Shown one piece after another: positions 50,901 to 64,000 of a DNA stretch of 64,000 nt. The translations under genes were made by a program, and so were the position numbers. How positions within the stretch are numbered: the first letter of the stretch is position 1; every line of letters begins with the position of its first letter. The notes under the pieces were generated by a model that did no database searches, was not told the DNA's origin, and saw only the letters and a program-made list of their open reading frames with translations. Origin of the DNA: Blasia pusilla (Eukaryota); assembly GCA_050084515.1 (NCBI GenBank), contig CM114271.1, forward strand, positions 42,594,001 to 42,658,000. The letters are read 5' to 3'.

Positions 50901-53585
50901 AAGCCAAATTGATGCGGAAGAACAAGTTGTCTCATTTATAGGACACCAGCTACGCTTGCAATTTGGAATCGACACTTTCCTGTAAAACAAGCGAAGTCTT
51001 GGAAGAATGCAATCAGAAACAGACCAATAAGGATGAGAAACACAACTGGGGAAAGACCTCTGGATAAACAGAAAATTCTAAAAAATGGGCCAATCAACCT
51101 TCCCTTATCCTTAAATCAGAAGGAATGATCACAATTCAGACAGACTTGTGTTTCACCCTCTTTGGGATTCAAATATCTATTTATAATAGAAGAAATGAAC
51201 TCCAAAAGGTTTAAAGACAAAAACTCAGTAGACAGATTCCAGTTGTGTAGGTTATGCAGATGATTCAAGGGTAAGATCAAGTAAACATTCAGATAACATA
51301 AACGGGAAAAAGGCAAGGCAAGGCACAGTTGAGCACTGGCAGTACACTTAAGGAATATTTTGGGGACCAACACTCCCCATTGAAACTCAGTCAACTTGGG
51401 AGTGCGATCCATTTCCCCTAAATGTCACAAGATTCCAGGACATCAACTGACTGCAAAAATAGCAACCGGGTAGACTGTATACAAAAGGAAACATGTACCG
51501 GCAAATCCTGTCATCACAGTCATCAAGATGTATCACAAAGAAGCCACCTGAGTCTCCCTTAGCTATGACAACAAGCAAGGCTGCTTTGCACCTTCTTTAT
51601 AGTTCTTACAGAAAAACACTATAATACTAAAGTTCTATGCATACAATTTGAAATTGAAACAGTTAGATCAGTGTGTCTGACTCACCTGTGCAGCCAAACG
51701 GGTCCGGACAACATCTAAAGGGTAAGTCAAAGATGCAGCTGTGATACCAGCTCCTCCGCCTGCTATCAGCTTGGTTCCTATGCCCATACCAACACCAATT
51801 GTCTCCGGCTTGCCCTCAATTCCTAGAATGCTTCTGAGACGCTGCAAAAATGGCCCACAGATTACACACATACCCTTGAAATTTGCATATGAACTTCTAA
51901 ACAGGTAAACTTAGGGTTATTTTACCAGACAACTTCTAGATGGATTCAGCCTCCTTTGATATGCTTCACCCAGAGCAAAGCTCAAACAAAACCATGCAAA
52001 TATCAATATGAAAGGACTTCCAAATAAAATTATTCCAAAACAAGTGCTGCATAAGGGCAGTGTGCAGCACTTCATCCCAGAGTCATAATCAAAACAAGGT
52101 AGATATTAAGGTGGATTAGTTGTTGTTTTAGAATTTGAACCCACAACCAATCCAGCACAAATACTCACGAAATCCCAACCCCCAATTCAATAGATGTGTG
52201 ACTACTAGTCCCAATGCTTCACATATGTGCCTAGAATTGCTACATGTATGCTGGGTCTATCACTTTGTCCAAGAGAGTAGTCACTTCACAAACATACCAT
52301 CTTGTACTGTTCATAGGCATAAAAGTTGACCGAGGAATATGGCAGTCGATGCACGATAGTTACTCCATTTCCTTTCCAAAAAGCTCGGAGGCCCTCTTCA
52401 CGAAGTATCCTTGAAGCTTCTTGTAACATTCGAGGGCGACTTAACTTAGTTTCTCCCGAGTTCATGCCTTGAACCTGACAAACATGTCCCCACGAGGATC
52501 AACCACAGAAAGAAACCTCTTCAGTTCAGGGGAGACAGGTAAGCAGGAGCAATTCATGTGTCCTCCACTGGCAGATAACCAGTAGCAGTGAACACAAGTG
52601 TTAATTCATGAGCAGGAGTGGGGACAATTGCTGGTGAATCACTTCGCAGCACACTGAGCTTCACTGACATTTACAATGCACATTACGCCCAACAAAGAAG
52701 ATGAAGCTGTTCTGTCTTCCAGGGAAATCTCATAGTTCATGGACAGTCTAGGCGGAGGCGCCGAGCAACCCTAACCTGATCGCTCTACATCCCCTGTCAT
52801 TTTGTTGAGCTCATTTCAAAATTTTCCCTGCCGTGACCCTCCTATTTTCTGAAAGCTCAGACAAATGTCATGGTTGGGTACTTTTCGGTGGCTCCGACCA
52901 TCAACTTGTAGGGTTGAAAGGACATTTCCTAAGCCAAGAATATTCTACGCTATCGCCAAGCCCGATTTCAGGAGAGCAGTCTCTGGTTATTTTCTTTTAA
53001 CTTCAGGGTATGATAAATCAGAAGATTCACATAATCGCAAGGGTAGACAATTACCCACGATGATCCACGAAAGAGTAGAACAAGGCGGTCACAAGGGTGA
53101 TGAAGGGTCTATGGTTATGGTCTGAAAATCACAAAAACGTGGATGTTCTGAGAACAAAAAGCACAATTGGTATGCGAGGAAGACGTACAATATATCACGG
53201 GCTTTATGATGAAAAAAGCATCCGTTAAACCTTCAACATTACCTAAAAACTGGCAGCGACGGGCCACTTGTAGGTGTACCTGGAAAAGGATCGTAAGACG
53301 GGCGAGGGGAGCAGTGCAGGTCTTGCTCACTGCACCCGCCACCCCTCCCGCCAAAAACTGACTCGCCGTGCCAATCTGTGAAGGGCCAACCGTCTCCCTC
53401 TCCTGCTGCGCACCGACTACTTCCGCCGTAGTTCTCTCGGTGTCATCTGGTGCTCTCGTAGAAGCATCCAACGCCACAGTAGCTGCCTGTGCGGCTCTAG
53501 GCCCGCACACACCTCCGACCCCTGCATGAAGTCTGGCATCACCCGCTGCTACCGCTGCTGCTGCTGCCGCTGCGTCAGTTTGCAT
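47979..53585 (-). CDS. Mitochondrial substrate carrier (MCF/SLC25) protein, At3g55640/At3g53940-like subgroup, about 372 aa
   Basis: GT-AG exons 53280-53585, 52298-52474, 51686-51841, 49261-49362, 48993-49063, 48526-48593 and 47979-48217 total 1119 nt in frame. Three carrier repeats: SKTCTAPLARLTILFQ..EEGLRAFWKGN, TYPLDVVRTRL..EEGARGLYKG, TFPIDLVRRRMQ..KEGWFGLYRG. Confidence 0.93.
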
Positions 53586-54639
53586 TCCTCCGACCGGATT
53601 AATTAGGGATTCCTGCCCCCTCCTCCACCCCTGAACCCTAATCAAAATCGCCCCTACTCTTGCACCACATCACTGCTTCTATCCAAACACTTCCATCCAA
53701 TCACATTTTCGCCCTCCCGATCCGTCCTCAAACCTCCCGCACCCCGCTCCTACTCCCACTCGCCTCCTCGTCAATTCTCCTCTCCAGCGAAAACTCGGCC
53801 CCGCACACCGCGTCCGTCACCGCTCCGCAAAACTCCTCTTCCGATCCCTTTCTCCGCTTCCTCGCCTCTGCTCCTTTCGTCCCTCGATAGGCAGACAGAT
53901 CCACAGCCTGCCTATACGAGCTCGCAATTCTCCGCTGCGTACCCTCGCCCTCCTCCTCTGTGCTTCCCAGAAAGAGAGGCAGATGGCACATGTAACCGCA
54001 GAGCCTCTCTCTCTCTCTCTCTCTCCCTCGCCGCTGTCTGGTAGGATCGGGCACACGGCGGATCGTTTTTTTGCACTGTGCACGACCGAATGCGCCAGTT
54101 GAGCGAGACCGTCGCAGGAGACCCGACAATGGCGCGTGCACGGCTCCGTCATTGGCCGACCGCACTGACCGTCGCATAGGGGGGATCGCCTTGGGAGATC
54201 CAGTGCTGACCGCCGACAGATATACACAAGGATCGGGGGAGATCCGGGATTACCAGAAATCGTAGCCGGTAAAAGTCAAGACTTTCCGCTTCACTTGAAA
54301 CCAATCGGAGAAGAAACTGGCAGGCTATAGGGGGTTTCCTTTGTATAAAATATCCGAAAACCGGTTCGATAACTGGTTTTACCGTTCCCGGCTGTCGGTA
54401 ACCGGCACAGTACCGGTTCCGGTGGGAAAACTCCCCGGGCCCTGATTTAAAAACCCACTACGTAGTACAGAGCGAATATAGCATTCCGGCGCAGCGTCGG
54501 ATACTGAGTGTCTCACGGTGTGCCGCGGGACCGAATCCGTGGTTTGTATGAAATGAAGATTTTATTCCACGTATCACTCCTATCGTTTACGATCTAATAA
54601 ACGATAAACGCTCCATCGAAAATAAATTTTTGAAATGTT

Positions 54640-57600
54640 AGTTTTATATATACACTTTATTATAAAATAAATTTCTAAAGAGGACAAAGAAAGGTAGTAA
54701 CAATTCAAAAGAGGAATCAAAAAATGCATAAAAGATTGCAAAAAGAAAATGGCAACAAGCCAACGCAAACAGCGGTTCAACGAGCTACACAATTGATAGC
54801 CTGAAACGAATCTGATAAGAACACGAGTGGTTGGTCAGACATGAATGGACGACGAGGCGAGCGACCCCCCACCACCTCCGCACGACGTATCAATGCCAAG
54901 GCTTGTGCACGTTGTAAAGCCACTGAGATGCATTGCCGAAAACAAGAAGTAATTAGCGATAGAGAAGGACTACGGGAAGGGGCAAGGTGATGATTCTCGA
55001 GGGAGTGGTGAGCACATGTTCTCAGGAAATTATCAAAAGACACATGTAAATGACCGAATACTTCCACTCCAAAAGGAAGAAATCCATCAGTCGCATGTCT
55101 CGCAGCATAACTTAACTCCTTGATTCTTGTTGCAGCTTCGGCCACCAAACCTTTGGTATGTGCGGCTCAACACACCAAATCAGAATGTGTTGGATCAACA
55201 ACCACCACATCACCTAGTGTCCGGAATCCACCTAGAGACATAACAAGATCCACTCTCCAACGAGAGGTTGCTTGTGTGGTTGAAGGTAGGACATGGAGTT
55301 GCTCTTGCCCAACGGTGTATCTTGCAGTCCAAGCCACTGATGCTACCGCCTCTCTAATGACATCATGTGTAGCCGTTCCTTCTCCACCATGTGCACATCA
55401 GAGAATATGGATACCCTTGACATCAATGGGATCCCCGAATACGCAATTCGGCACACCTAAGAGAGAAGGATGGGGAAGTCCAAGACGTAACCGCAAAGCT
55501 GTCGAGAATATACTTCAAGGAAGAAGAAATGGAAGAAAAAGAGGATTTGCAGTAAGCCACGCCCCCGCTCCGGTACCCGCACATGAATGTAGACGAGCTC
55601 CATTAGCATTAGAGGATGCCTCAGAGAGAATGCAGGAAAAGTTTATCTGATGCAGATTCTCGGAGATATGCTCTTGAAGTCGATCAAGCCCTTCTGTAGA
55701 ATTGCTTATGTTGCAAGAGGAAGAAGAGCTCGTACAGATCTCAATTATTGTTGAAATAACAAGTCCCCCTCCTCTACATGGGCGATATAATCCATTAAGA
55801 TAGGTGTATCTCCTTGGAGAAACCTTAAAGCCATAATCAGTGCTACCAACGCCCAACTCCCCAAAAAGGCTCCGGGAGCAGATGCAACTGTGGAGGATAG
55901 TCTTACCCCTCCAAAAGAAATAGGCAAGATAGCTTGTCGTGAAGCAAAGACACCATCCTCTCCCTCAAAGGTATTCGAGCCAAGAAGTTGACCAAAAGTT
56001 GCCAAGATAGAAGCATCAAAAGAGGCCAACCGATGTAAGAACCTTGAAGTGGGAGGACAAGTGCGAAGAAGGTAGGAAAGACGTCGTAGAAAACATTGGA
56101 AGAGAATCCCATAAGCCACTTGGGGATCCCCTAGATGAGGTAACAAATGAAGTCATTCCACATCTTTCAAAAGGGCCTCATCCAAGAACTTTGAGACATA
56201 GTTGATGAAGCCAATTGGGACCCCAAGAACTCTAACCCCTTCAATGTAGATGGGAAAATCAGGAGTAGGTGGGTGAATGTTGAGGGAAGGCATGAAGGAG
56301 ACCATACTCCACATTTACTATGTTGGACTTTAAGGTTTAAGAAAGAGAGTTGCTCCACAAAATGGATATAAGCAAGAACCACTTCAAAAGGAGGATCTAT
56401 GATGTGAGTGTCAGCAGCAATAGAAGGGAAAAGACAAGATGGAAATGCTTGCGCTGATGCTCGAAGGGCACAAAAAAGGTCAATGGCAAAGAGTGGGCCA
56501 CCCATGGGATCACCTTGACGTGTGCCATAAGCCGATTGTAGAATACTATATTCCCCGGAAGTAGCATGATGGGAATAGATAATGGGCGTATCATAGGCAT
56601 AGAAGGAGCAAACAAATAGAATGAGGCTCACGAGTTGTCTTCCTGCACAACGTAACTCCTCAAAGATGGACGCACGAGAAACTCAATTGAATGTGTAGCC
56701 ACATCGACTTGAATTGCTACCCAATCTGGATGAATATCAAGAGTGGAGCGAATCCCATGCACCACAGCCTCACAACCTCCAGGAGTTGCCACTCCAAATT
56801 GATGAGGAAATAAGTGGGCACTAAAGTGAGGACGAAATTGCAAGCATAGGGATCGACTAACCAAGCGGTATAAAACCTCTCCAATAGCCGAAGGGCGCAC
56901 ACTTAAAGGAGGCTTATCCATAGCCAACAAATGACAAGCCCCTAAGAGCCTAGAGATAGAGAATGGGAGACGATCTGCCGCCATATGTGCACACACCTTA
57001 TATAGAGAGACAAAGCCACTCGCTGAATCTGCTAGGATAAAGCAATCACGGAGATGCTAAAAAACCATCCTTGATAGTCTGCTTGCTGATAAGGGAGGAC
57101 TATGCAGAAAAGGCCTTGTGAAGACCTCCAAGTCAAGCTCCAGGTCAAGGTCCATTGTATAGTCTTCCACAAAAGGTGGAGCATCGCCACTTGAAGGAGG
57201 ATGAAGAACTTCTAAGAAAGCTAGTATTTCCGCACTTGGAACCGTCGGAGAAAGAGGACCCAATGCTCGAGCTGTACGTGAAAACTCACCAACCTGCCCC
57301 AAAAGTAGACTTCGTCGAAGGCGTTGTTGTATTGAAGGCCTCCCATGATTGGCATGTTGAGTGGGATGAGCCGCAGCTAAGGCCTCTGCTCGAAGTACAT
57401 GCTCATTCTCAAGATTCTCCCAATCCCCAAACATAAAGCGTTGAATACGTGTGGAGGTTTTACGATGACCCGTTGCACCATCCCTTGGAGGGAGGACTAA
57501 AATCCATTGTGGAAAGAGTAATAGGAGATACCAAGCATTTATATCTGTGGGGTCACACGCTAACCTTTCTAATGGGAAAAGAAAAGCTTGTTGGGTGATG

Positions 57601-58780
57601 GGACGAAGAGCAATAGGAATGTGAGTGTAGAGTCTAGGACGAGGAAGACCTGGATGGAAAGAGCGAAGGAGATCAATTTGGCTTAACCAGGTCCAAGCAA
57701 TTGTTGTGGGGAGTGCAGTAGAAGGTGGTATCGGGTTAGGGATTGAAGGCCCATGCATGGATCGACAGTACCGCTGATGTCTTTTGATCCCACTAGGAGA
57801 AAACTCCTGACCATAAGGAGAAATAAAAGGGTGGTGATGGAGAAATAGAAGGGTTACAAGGAGAGGAGGTAGGAGGTAGGAGGTGCAAGAGGTGGTGATG
57901 GCCGACAATGAGGGGGGAAGTAGGTTATGGAAGGAGGAGGAGGAGGAAGAGGGGAGATTCGGGTAGAATAGATGGGCGTTGGAAGCAAGGGCATAGATGA
58001 GATATTTGGGAATGGCAAAGTAGAAGGATTCGGTAACAATGGATCAAGATTAGGCTCAATAGGACAAGGCAAAGAAGGGAGAAGAGGAGAATCCGGAAGA
58101 AATGTAGCGAGTGTAATGGGTGCATTAGCATCAGGAGGAAAATGGCAAGATCTACGATGAGGAAGTGAACCAGGGGGAGAGGTTACGATTGTATGAGGGC
58201 GTATAAAACCAGATAAGCGAGTAGATGGAGAATCCAACTCCATCTCTGATGACATATAATTAAAGGTAGGAAAGTCATTGAAGACAAGAAAAGACATAGG
58301 AAACGAGGTTTGGAGAAAGCATGAGGATAACGAGCAAAGCAAATGTAGTGGAATCCGTCCAAAAGAAATTTAGATGGAGAGGTGAAGATTAGGCAATAGC
58401 GAATTTATGATTGAAAGTTACTATGAGAAAAATATAAAAAGCAATTGAAAAAGAAAAGTGATTTATATGGTATCAGAAGAGGTGGCTCAAGAATATGAAT
58501 TTCTAATGTCCTTAAAGAGATGGCAAACATATGTAGGGGCGAAACACTAAGGTAAGGAGTTGAAAGAGCAAGGAAGACTTTTGGAAGGAATTGACCTAAA
58601 ACAAACCCGTCCACAAAAACAGTCGCCTACAGAGAAGGAAGAAAAACTAGAAAACCTACTTGATATCAAAAGAACAAACTCGTCAAGACGATCGAAACAA
58701 GCCTAAACATGTCCAAAACCAAAATTCCAGAAAAAAGTAATGAAAGAAATTGGAAACATCAAAAAAAGGATGTGAGGAGT
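54640..58780 (-). mobile_element. Near full-length degenerate CRE-like non-LTR retrotransposon (N-terminal zinc finger, RT, C-terminal zinc knuckle plus restriction-like endonuclease)
   Basis: Frameshifted ORFs: GIKRHQRYC (zinc finger); VRPSAIGEVLYRLVSR, QFGVATPGGCEAVVH, GTRQGDPMGGPLFA, PSIAADTHI (RT motifs); LPISFGGVRL; GAGAWLTA; then THDVIREAV, RVDLV...DVVVVDPT, KELSY, FLPFGVEVFG, ISVALQR (RLE region). No APE endonuclease seen. AATAAA near 54660. The 5' boundary is approximate. Confidence 0.85.
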
Positions 58781-61700
58781 AAGTGAGCCATCCACCAATG
58801 GCCGCTATGAGGGAATGAGTTTGTAATGTTGAGCCCATCCCGTATCAAAAGATCCAGAAATGCAAGAGGAATCCCTTAAACCGATGGTAACCCGATATCA
58901 CTCTATAAGGAGAGCGTTATGTTTGAAATTGCGTATAGGAATCTATGAGCATATTTATTAGAGAAGTAGGTCCAAAGATCCCAAGAACTTTGGAAAACTC
59001 AATCTTAAGTGGAAAAAAGAAGAACCCAAAGTTCAAGCTTGCGAAGATGAACACATTGGGCACTAGATTGAAAAGATTGGATCACCATGGAAATCGTTAC
59101 AAGCAAAATTCTATATGTTCCTCCATCTCCTCCACCATAGTCCATCTTCCTCTGGTGCTGAAGGGCTGGTCCTCGTTGAATTTTCCCCAATAGCACCAAA
59201 TATATTTCATTTTTAACATATTTTTTTTTTTTTATCATATGTCACACACATGAGTTTGCATGTCGAAAAGACGGTCTTCAAATGATAACATCAATTTTTA
59301 AGTAAAAAGCAACTAGATTGGAAATATTGTTTCTTTTTTTTTCTAAGTAGCATACCTTACCAATAAGAAGGCTCTTGGAAAATCATGAACCCATCATCTT
59401 TTAATAATATCGATATAATCCAGGACTTTTCTAGCTTACTAGTATGTTGCTTGCGTGATCAAGTTTCTTTTAAGATAACCCATTCCTCACTATGAGTATA
59501 AATTCCCCACTTCACTCCTCCCACATATAAATTCTTCACTACTCCCACTCCTTGTTAATTACTTGCTACTCCCACAACTAAATAAAATTGTTACTATTAA
59601 CACCTATACTATCCCCTCCCCAAAAGACATGCGACCATGGACATAATATTCCCTCCCAAATAAATTTAAATGTTGCTATTTTGTCTTATTATGGCACTAT
59701 TTTGTCTTATTATGCATGTGGTGTTTTCCATAATAGTATAGATTACTCAACATTGTTTTTAACCAAAACTTCCACGAAAATCAAATACATGGAATCTCAT
59801 ATTTCTCAAGTCCTTCCTAATTAGTACTAATCCAATGAAAATACCTTAGCATAATGATGCTAAAAAGGGCATCTACACATTCAATCTCCAAGGAAGTAGG
59901 AGACCTCTTGGTGAAAGGGAAGTGTTTTCCTACTACCCAAATGAATCTTAGTATCATATGTCCAATTTCGAAACAAAATTCATACTATTATGATTTGATT
60001 CTTGAATTTGGTTAGTGTGAGCATATCTTTGGCTATGTGGTGGTTCTTTCCACACGCCCTTGTAACTTGAAAATCACTAAAGAGCTTTGTCATGGCCCTT
60101 ACTAGACTATATATCATCAAATATCACCGTGCTAAACTAAAAACTAAAATTTTCTGTGGCATATACCATTCATAGTATTTTAAAGAGTTAGATGGGGGTT
60201 TGAGTTTATTTTGGATGTGTTTGGACAAATTTGGGACACCACTTTATATAGGATAAAGACGTCATAATTTATACATAAACTTGGGTTACATAAACCACTA
60301 GTATTACAATGTCCGCCCATATGATGAACGTGGCCAGATTTGCATTAAACCCCATTATCCATCATTTTTTTCTCTTAGAAAATTATCCTTCTTTTAGTAA
60401 GTATGAATATTCGTTCCAAAGAAGAGCCTCATGATCTTAACAGTATATATTAGTATAAGCCCATGGAATGCACAGGCTTAAGTTTGACATTACCTCTCAT
60501 AATGAGTTATCACGATAATCAAGGGTCATTTAAAATCATTTTTTAGCAATCCTATTGGTTTCGAATGCAAACGTTTCAATTGGTTGAAAGTCCCAAGTTT
60601 CAAGAGGAGAGTAGTTTGCAAAATGAAAGGGCATTCCCCAATAATAATATAGATATTATTTAGTGATGCACCATATGCATATTTTGTTTTCTATTATCGG
60701 TTGTGCTAAACTCCATTGGGGGGAATAAATTTCATGATTATTTTAGAAAGTAATCAATTAAAATTTCTTGAATTAATGTTTTTCCCAAAATTTAATCTTT
60801 ATTTTGTAACATCGTTAAAAGAATGACGAAAATTATTGCTAGAGTTTCATCGCATAATTGCATGGATAAATATTATTCCCCTCAATTCAAATATCCATTT
60901 ATATTCAGTATCGCGTATCAAAGTTAAAGTGTAACTAACTTATGAAATATGAAGAAGCACACGAAGCAACAGTTGGCCATGAATTTAAATTATTAATTAT
61001 CCTTCACTAAGATAAGATATATCACAATATGTCCATAAGGAGTTAGGATATATTCTCCCATACGCCACTTTGGTGATAATACATCAAGATTAAAGTAAAT
61101 TGATCTATTGTCAAGTCCATCGCATGTGATAGAGTACAAACATCCTTAAATAATTCACATTCAAAATTGCATCCACTTGGATTTCTTTGAATTTTTCCCT
61201 TAAAGAGATATTAGAATTGGTATATCTATTCCTAACGGTTGAGTACATTTGAGAATGCATAGGCTTGGTTGCATCTTGGACAAATCAAGTGATAGAGTAT
61301 ACTAACTCTTAATTCAAGAGTTTTGCAGGGCGTTCCAAACCTAGTATGATCAAGCCTTGATTTTTTGAGGAAGTATATTCCGAGATTATTTAAAGATAGG
61401 TACTTTCATAGAGAGAATTTCATAAATTTTGAAGAGTATTTTATTCAAGAATGGCTTGTATAATGTCGACATTTGGAACTAGGATCTATATTTCTAATGC
61501 TTATCTATTGGATATTAATTTAAAAGTAATGAGTGTTTTTCTCCTTATTTTCTACCACAGTGATTAGGATGAATTCTATTTATAACAATTCCTCATAATA
61601 AATGTGAATTCTGTAACCTCAATGATTGAAATTTATGGATGAGAGCATGTTCTTAGCAAATAGAGATATTTGAAATATTTGGAGGAGGATATTCACAATC

Positions 61701-62399
61701 TCGAGATTTCATCACCCAAGTTACATACTTACAAAAACCAGCATTTATGATGTTAGATATCACCGAAGGGTATTCAATTTTGAAGGAGTTTTATAACTAG
61801 GTATTTTTCTTGTTAGAGTATTGTGACATGATCGTTTGTAAAGATCATTAATATACTTATGCGCCATATCGCCTTCCAACCTAAAAGAGGAATATGGATT
61901 CAAGCTTAGTTTTAGTATAGATTGTGTGGTTTGCCACCAATAATACTACCATGCTAGTCTATGATGGATGTTTGAGTAGGACATGTTTTATTTTTTACTT
62001 TGCTTCATCTTGCAATAATGATGGAGAGAAATTTGGGAGCTTGGCGATAATTCTCTCATTCGTAAGCCCATGTAGATGCCAAAGGTTCAAACTTGTATCT
62101 AACTTTAGTAAGAGTGGGTTTCTTGATCATGAGGTTTAAGACAGAAGATATGAGATTTTCCATATAGATGTTTTATAAGAATTCTAATTCACAATCAAAT
62201 GTGTTTTATTTATATGGTTAAGTGAGGATTCTAACCTCTCAGTTGTACAAAAAGTAAGAGTGATATGTGTTGACACCAAGCAAAGCTCAAGTCAAATGTT
62301 AGAGGCCTAGGTATCTACCTTTGAACAACAACTTCGTAGATCAAGTAGAATAATGTACCATCTTGATGGACTCATAAATGAATAATTTCCCTCAATACA

Positions 62400-64000
62400 T
62401 CATGCACATATGATGATTACCCTTCAAGAACAAGAATCAAGTTATTTTGAAGAAGCTGCTTATAAGATCGAATGGATAGAAGTTATGGAAAAAATCATCA
62501 TGCATACAAACATCAACAAACTTGGGAGTTAGTTGATATACCTAATACTAAGGAAGCTATTGCTTGCAAATGGGTTTACAACTTCCTCGCGCTTATTGAT
62601 TGCTCGTGCTCGTCGTATTGGCAGTTGGGTCTTCTTTGGACTTGCCCCTTTTACCTTAGGACACTCTCACTTGAAATGTTTTGGATCATTGCATTATATA
62701 ATATCCTCTACCATCTAGTTTACTTAAGGTTGCCCCTTGCTTGGAACTTGGCATTGGTTGAGGTTTGAACCTTTTGGGTTTCGACCCTACTTGTATCCTT
62801 GGTTGGGTTTCCTCTAATTTTCCTAGTTGAATGTAGTCTCTGCCTTTATAATGAGGAGCATCTTATCTTGCTTCTCAAGACTTGGATCGCGCGCCTTCAA
62901 TTAAGTAGCTGTATCAATGGCTACCTAGCTTTATCTTTCCAAACTTGGTTGTATAAATGTACTTTTCTCCCTCAATTTTTGTTTCATCCTGAGCGTTCTT
63001 TTCTCCACAAAGTTGAAGGTTTGGTTGGCGTCTAATATATTGTTAATGAGTGCCAATGTTGGTTCAAACTAAATAATAAATTTGGGTTTCTCCTAATTTC
63101 ACTTGCCGCAACAGAATTTTGGCTAAGGTTTCTTGATCCTATGACTCCAAACACTTCCTTATTTGTGAAGTAAGCCCCCCTCCCGCTTCTCCCTCCCCCA
63201 AAAATCCAGCTCAATGGTATTCTAATCCTTCCAAAATTTTTGATATCATGTGAGTGCGTAGGTCTCTAATTTCAGAGAGGCCATGACTCCCCGTCTAGCT
63301 AGCTTTCAAAACTTGATAAGTCCCAAGAACTTACTCCAGCCACTAATTGAGGCAACTAATATCGATCTTATCCCTATACACGGGTAACTTCTACCTTATA
63401 TCTCCCAATTAATACCCTTTTGAAAAAAGTTGAGCTACATAACTTTATAGTCTTCCTAACCATATAATCCATTTAGGCTTACTGGTATTCCTTCAATGCC
63501 TAGAGGATGGCGCATTCAACCTATTGAAATTCATGGGTGGTTGAACCTATTGAAATTCACGCGTGGTTGAACCTATGCGCCTTTCCTTAGAGCATCCCTA
63601 ATATTCTGCCTCTTTAAAGGTAATAATAACTTGAGTTTAGCGCATTGGGCATCGAACCTCTTGAGATCAAGTCCCTCCAACGAGTTGCCAAGAGTACTAT
63701 TGGATGGGGAGTTTTTATTGATGGTTGTTTTGCAACTTGATGTCTAAACCGCCAGGATATAACTATCTAAAGTTTCTATTTCGTGTACGAAAATTTAAAA
63801 AAGCTTATACATGCTCAAGCAAAGTCCAAGGTATGGCAAGATTACATACATTCAATAAGAGTCTAGCTTTAGGGTATATGATTTTGATTCCTTGTTATAT
63901 GTCTTCAGAGCATAAGGCCACATGGTTATCATTGTATTGTATGTTGATAATCTCTTGATTATTGGGAATAATAAGGATATGGTAAATCAAGTCAAGCTAA
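62400..64000 (+). pseudogene. Ty1/Copia reverse transcriptase remnant, split by inserted DNA (about 62582-63770)
   Basis: ESSYFEEAA...W...TWELVDIPNTKEAIACKWVY at about 62430-62579 and IIVLYVDNLLIIG (YVDD-like motif at 63940-63951). Confidence 0.7.
62640..63420 (-). pseudogene. Possible LTR-retrotransposon gag remnant inserted in the Copia remnant
   Basis: Minus-strand fragments read KVE.PVYRDKIDISCLN*WLE and CNDPKHFK*ECP (CCHC-like). Heavily degraded. Confidence 0.35.

Noticed and set aside
54355-54444. ACCGG-rich cluster ending in CCCTG, like a hAT/MITE terminus
   Set aside because: No partner TIR or 8-bp TSD found.

Overview
Eukaryotic plant genomic DNA, probably a non-seed plant such as a bryophyte (inferred from gene and TE content; the species cannot be determined). 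It holds three intron-containing host genes, all on the minus strand: a synaptotagmin (12 coding exons, about 539 aa), a Ser/Pro-rich plant-conserved protein of unknown function (5 exons, about 963 aa) and a mitochondrial carrier (7 exons, about 372 aa). Transposon-rich blocks separate them. The main finding is a 9.5-kb Ty3/Gypsy-type retrotransposon (19554-29053, flanked by a TGTC duplication) with four unusual traits. (1) A DNMT3-like cytosine-5 methyltransferase domain sits between protease and RT. (2) A PHD finger lies at the integrase C-terminus. (3) Its terminal repeats are split or circularly permuted (A1-internal-B1-A2-B2), as if a 2-LTR circle had been opened at a palindrome inside the LTR. 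(4) Its PBS appears to be Tf1-like and self-priming, and the pairing is kept with a different sequence in a diverged relative at 1-3809. The coding region is decayed, mostly through C-to-T stops. Also present: two nested relatives of this family (1-7182), a near full-length CRE-like non-LTR element (restriction-like endonuclease) plus a truncated copy flanked by a ~280-bp direct repeat, and Helitron, Copia and solo-LTR remnants. Splice sites and motifs were read by eye; no database searches were run.
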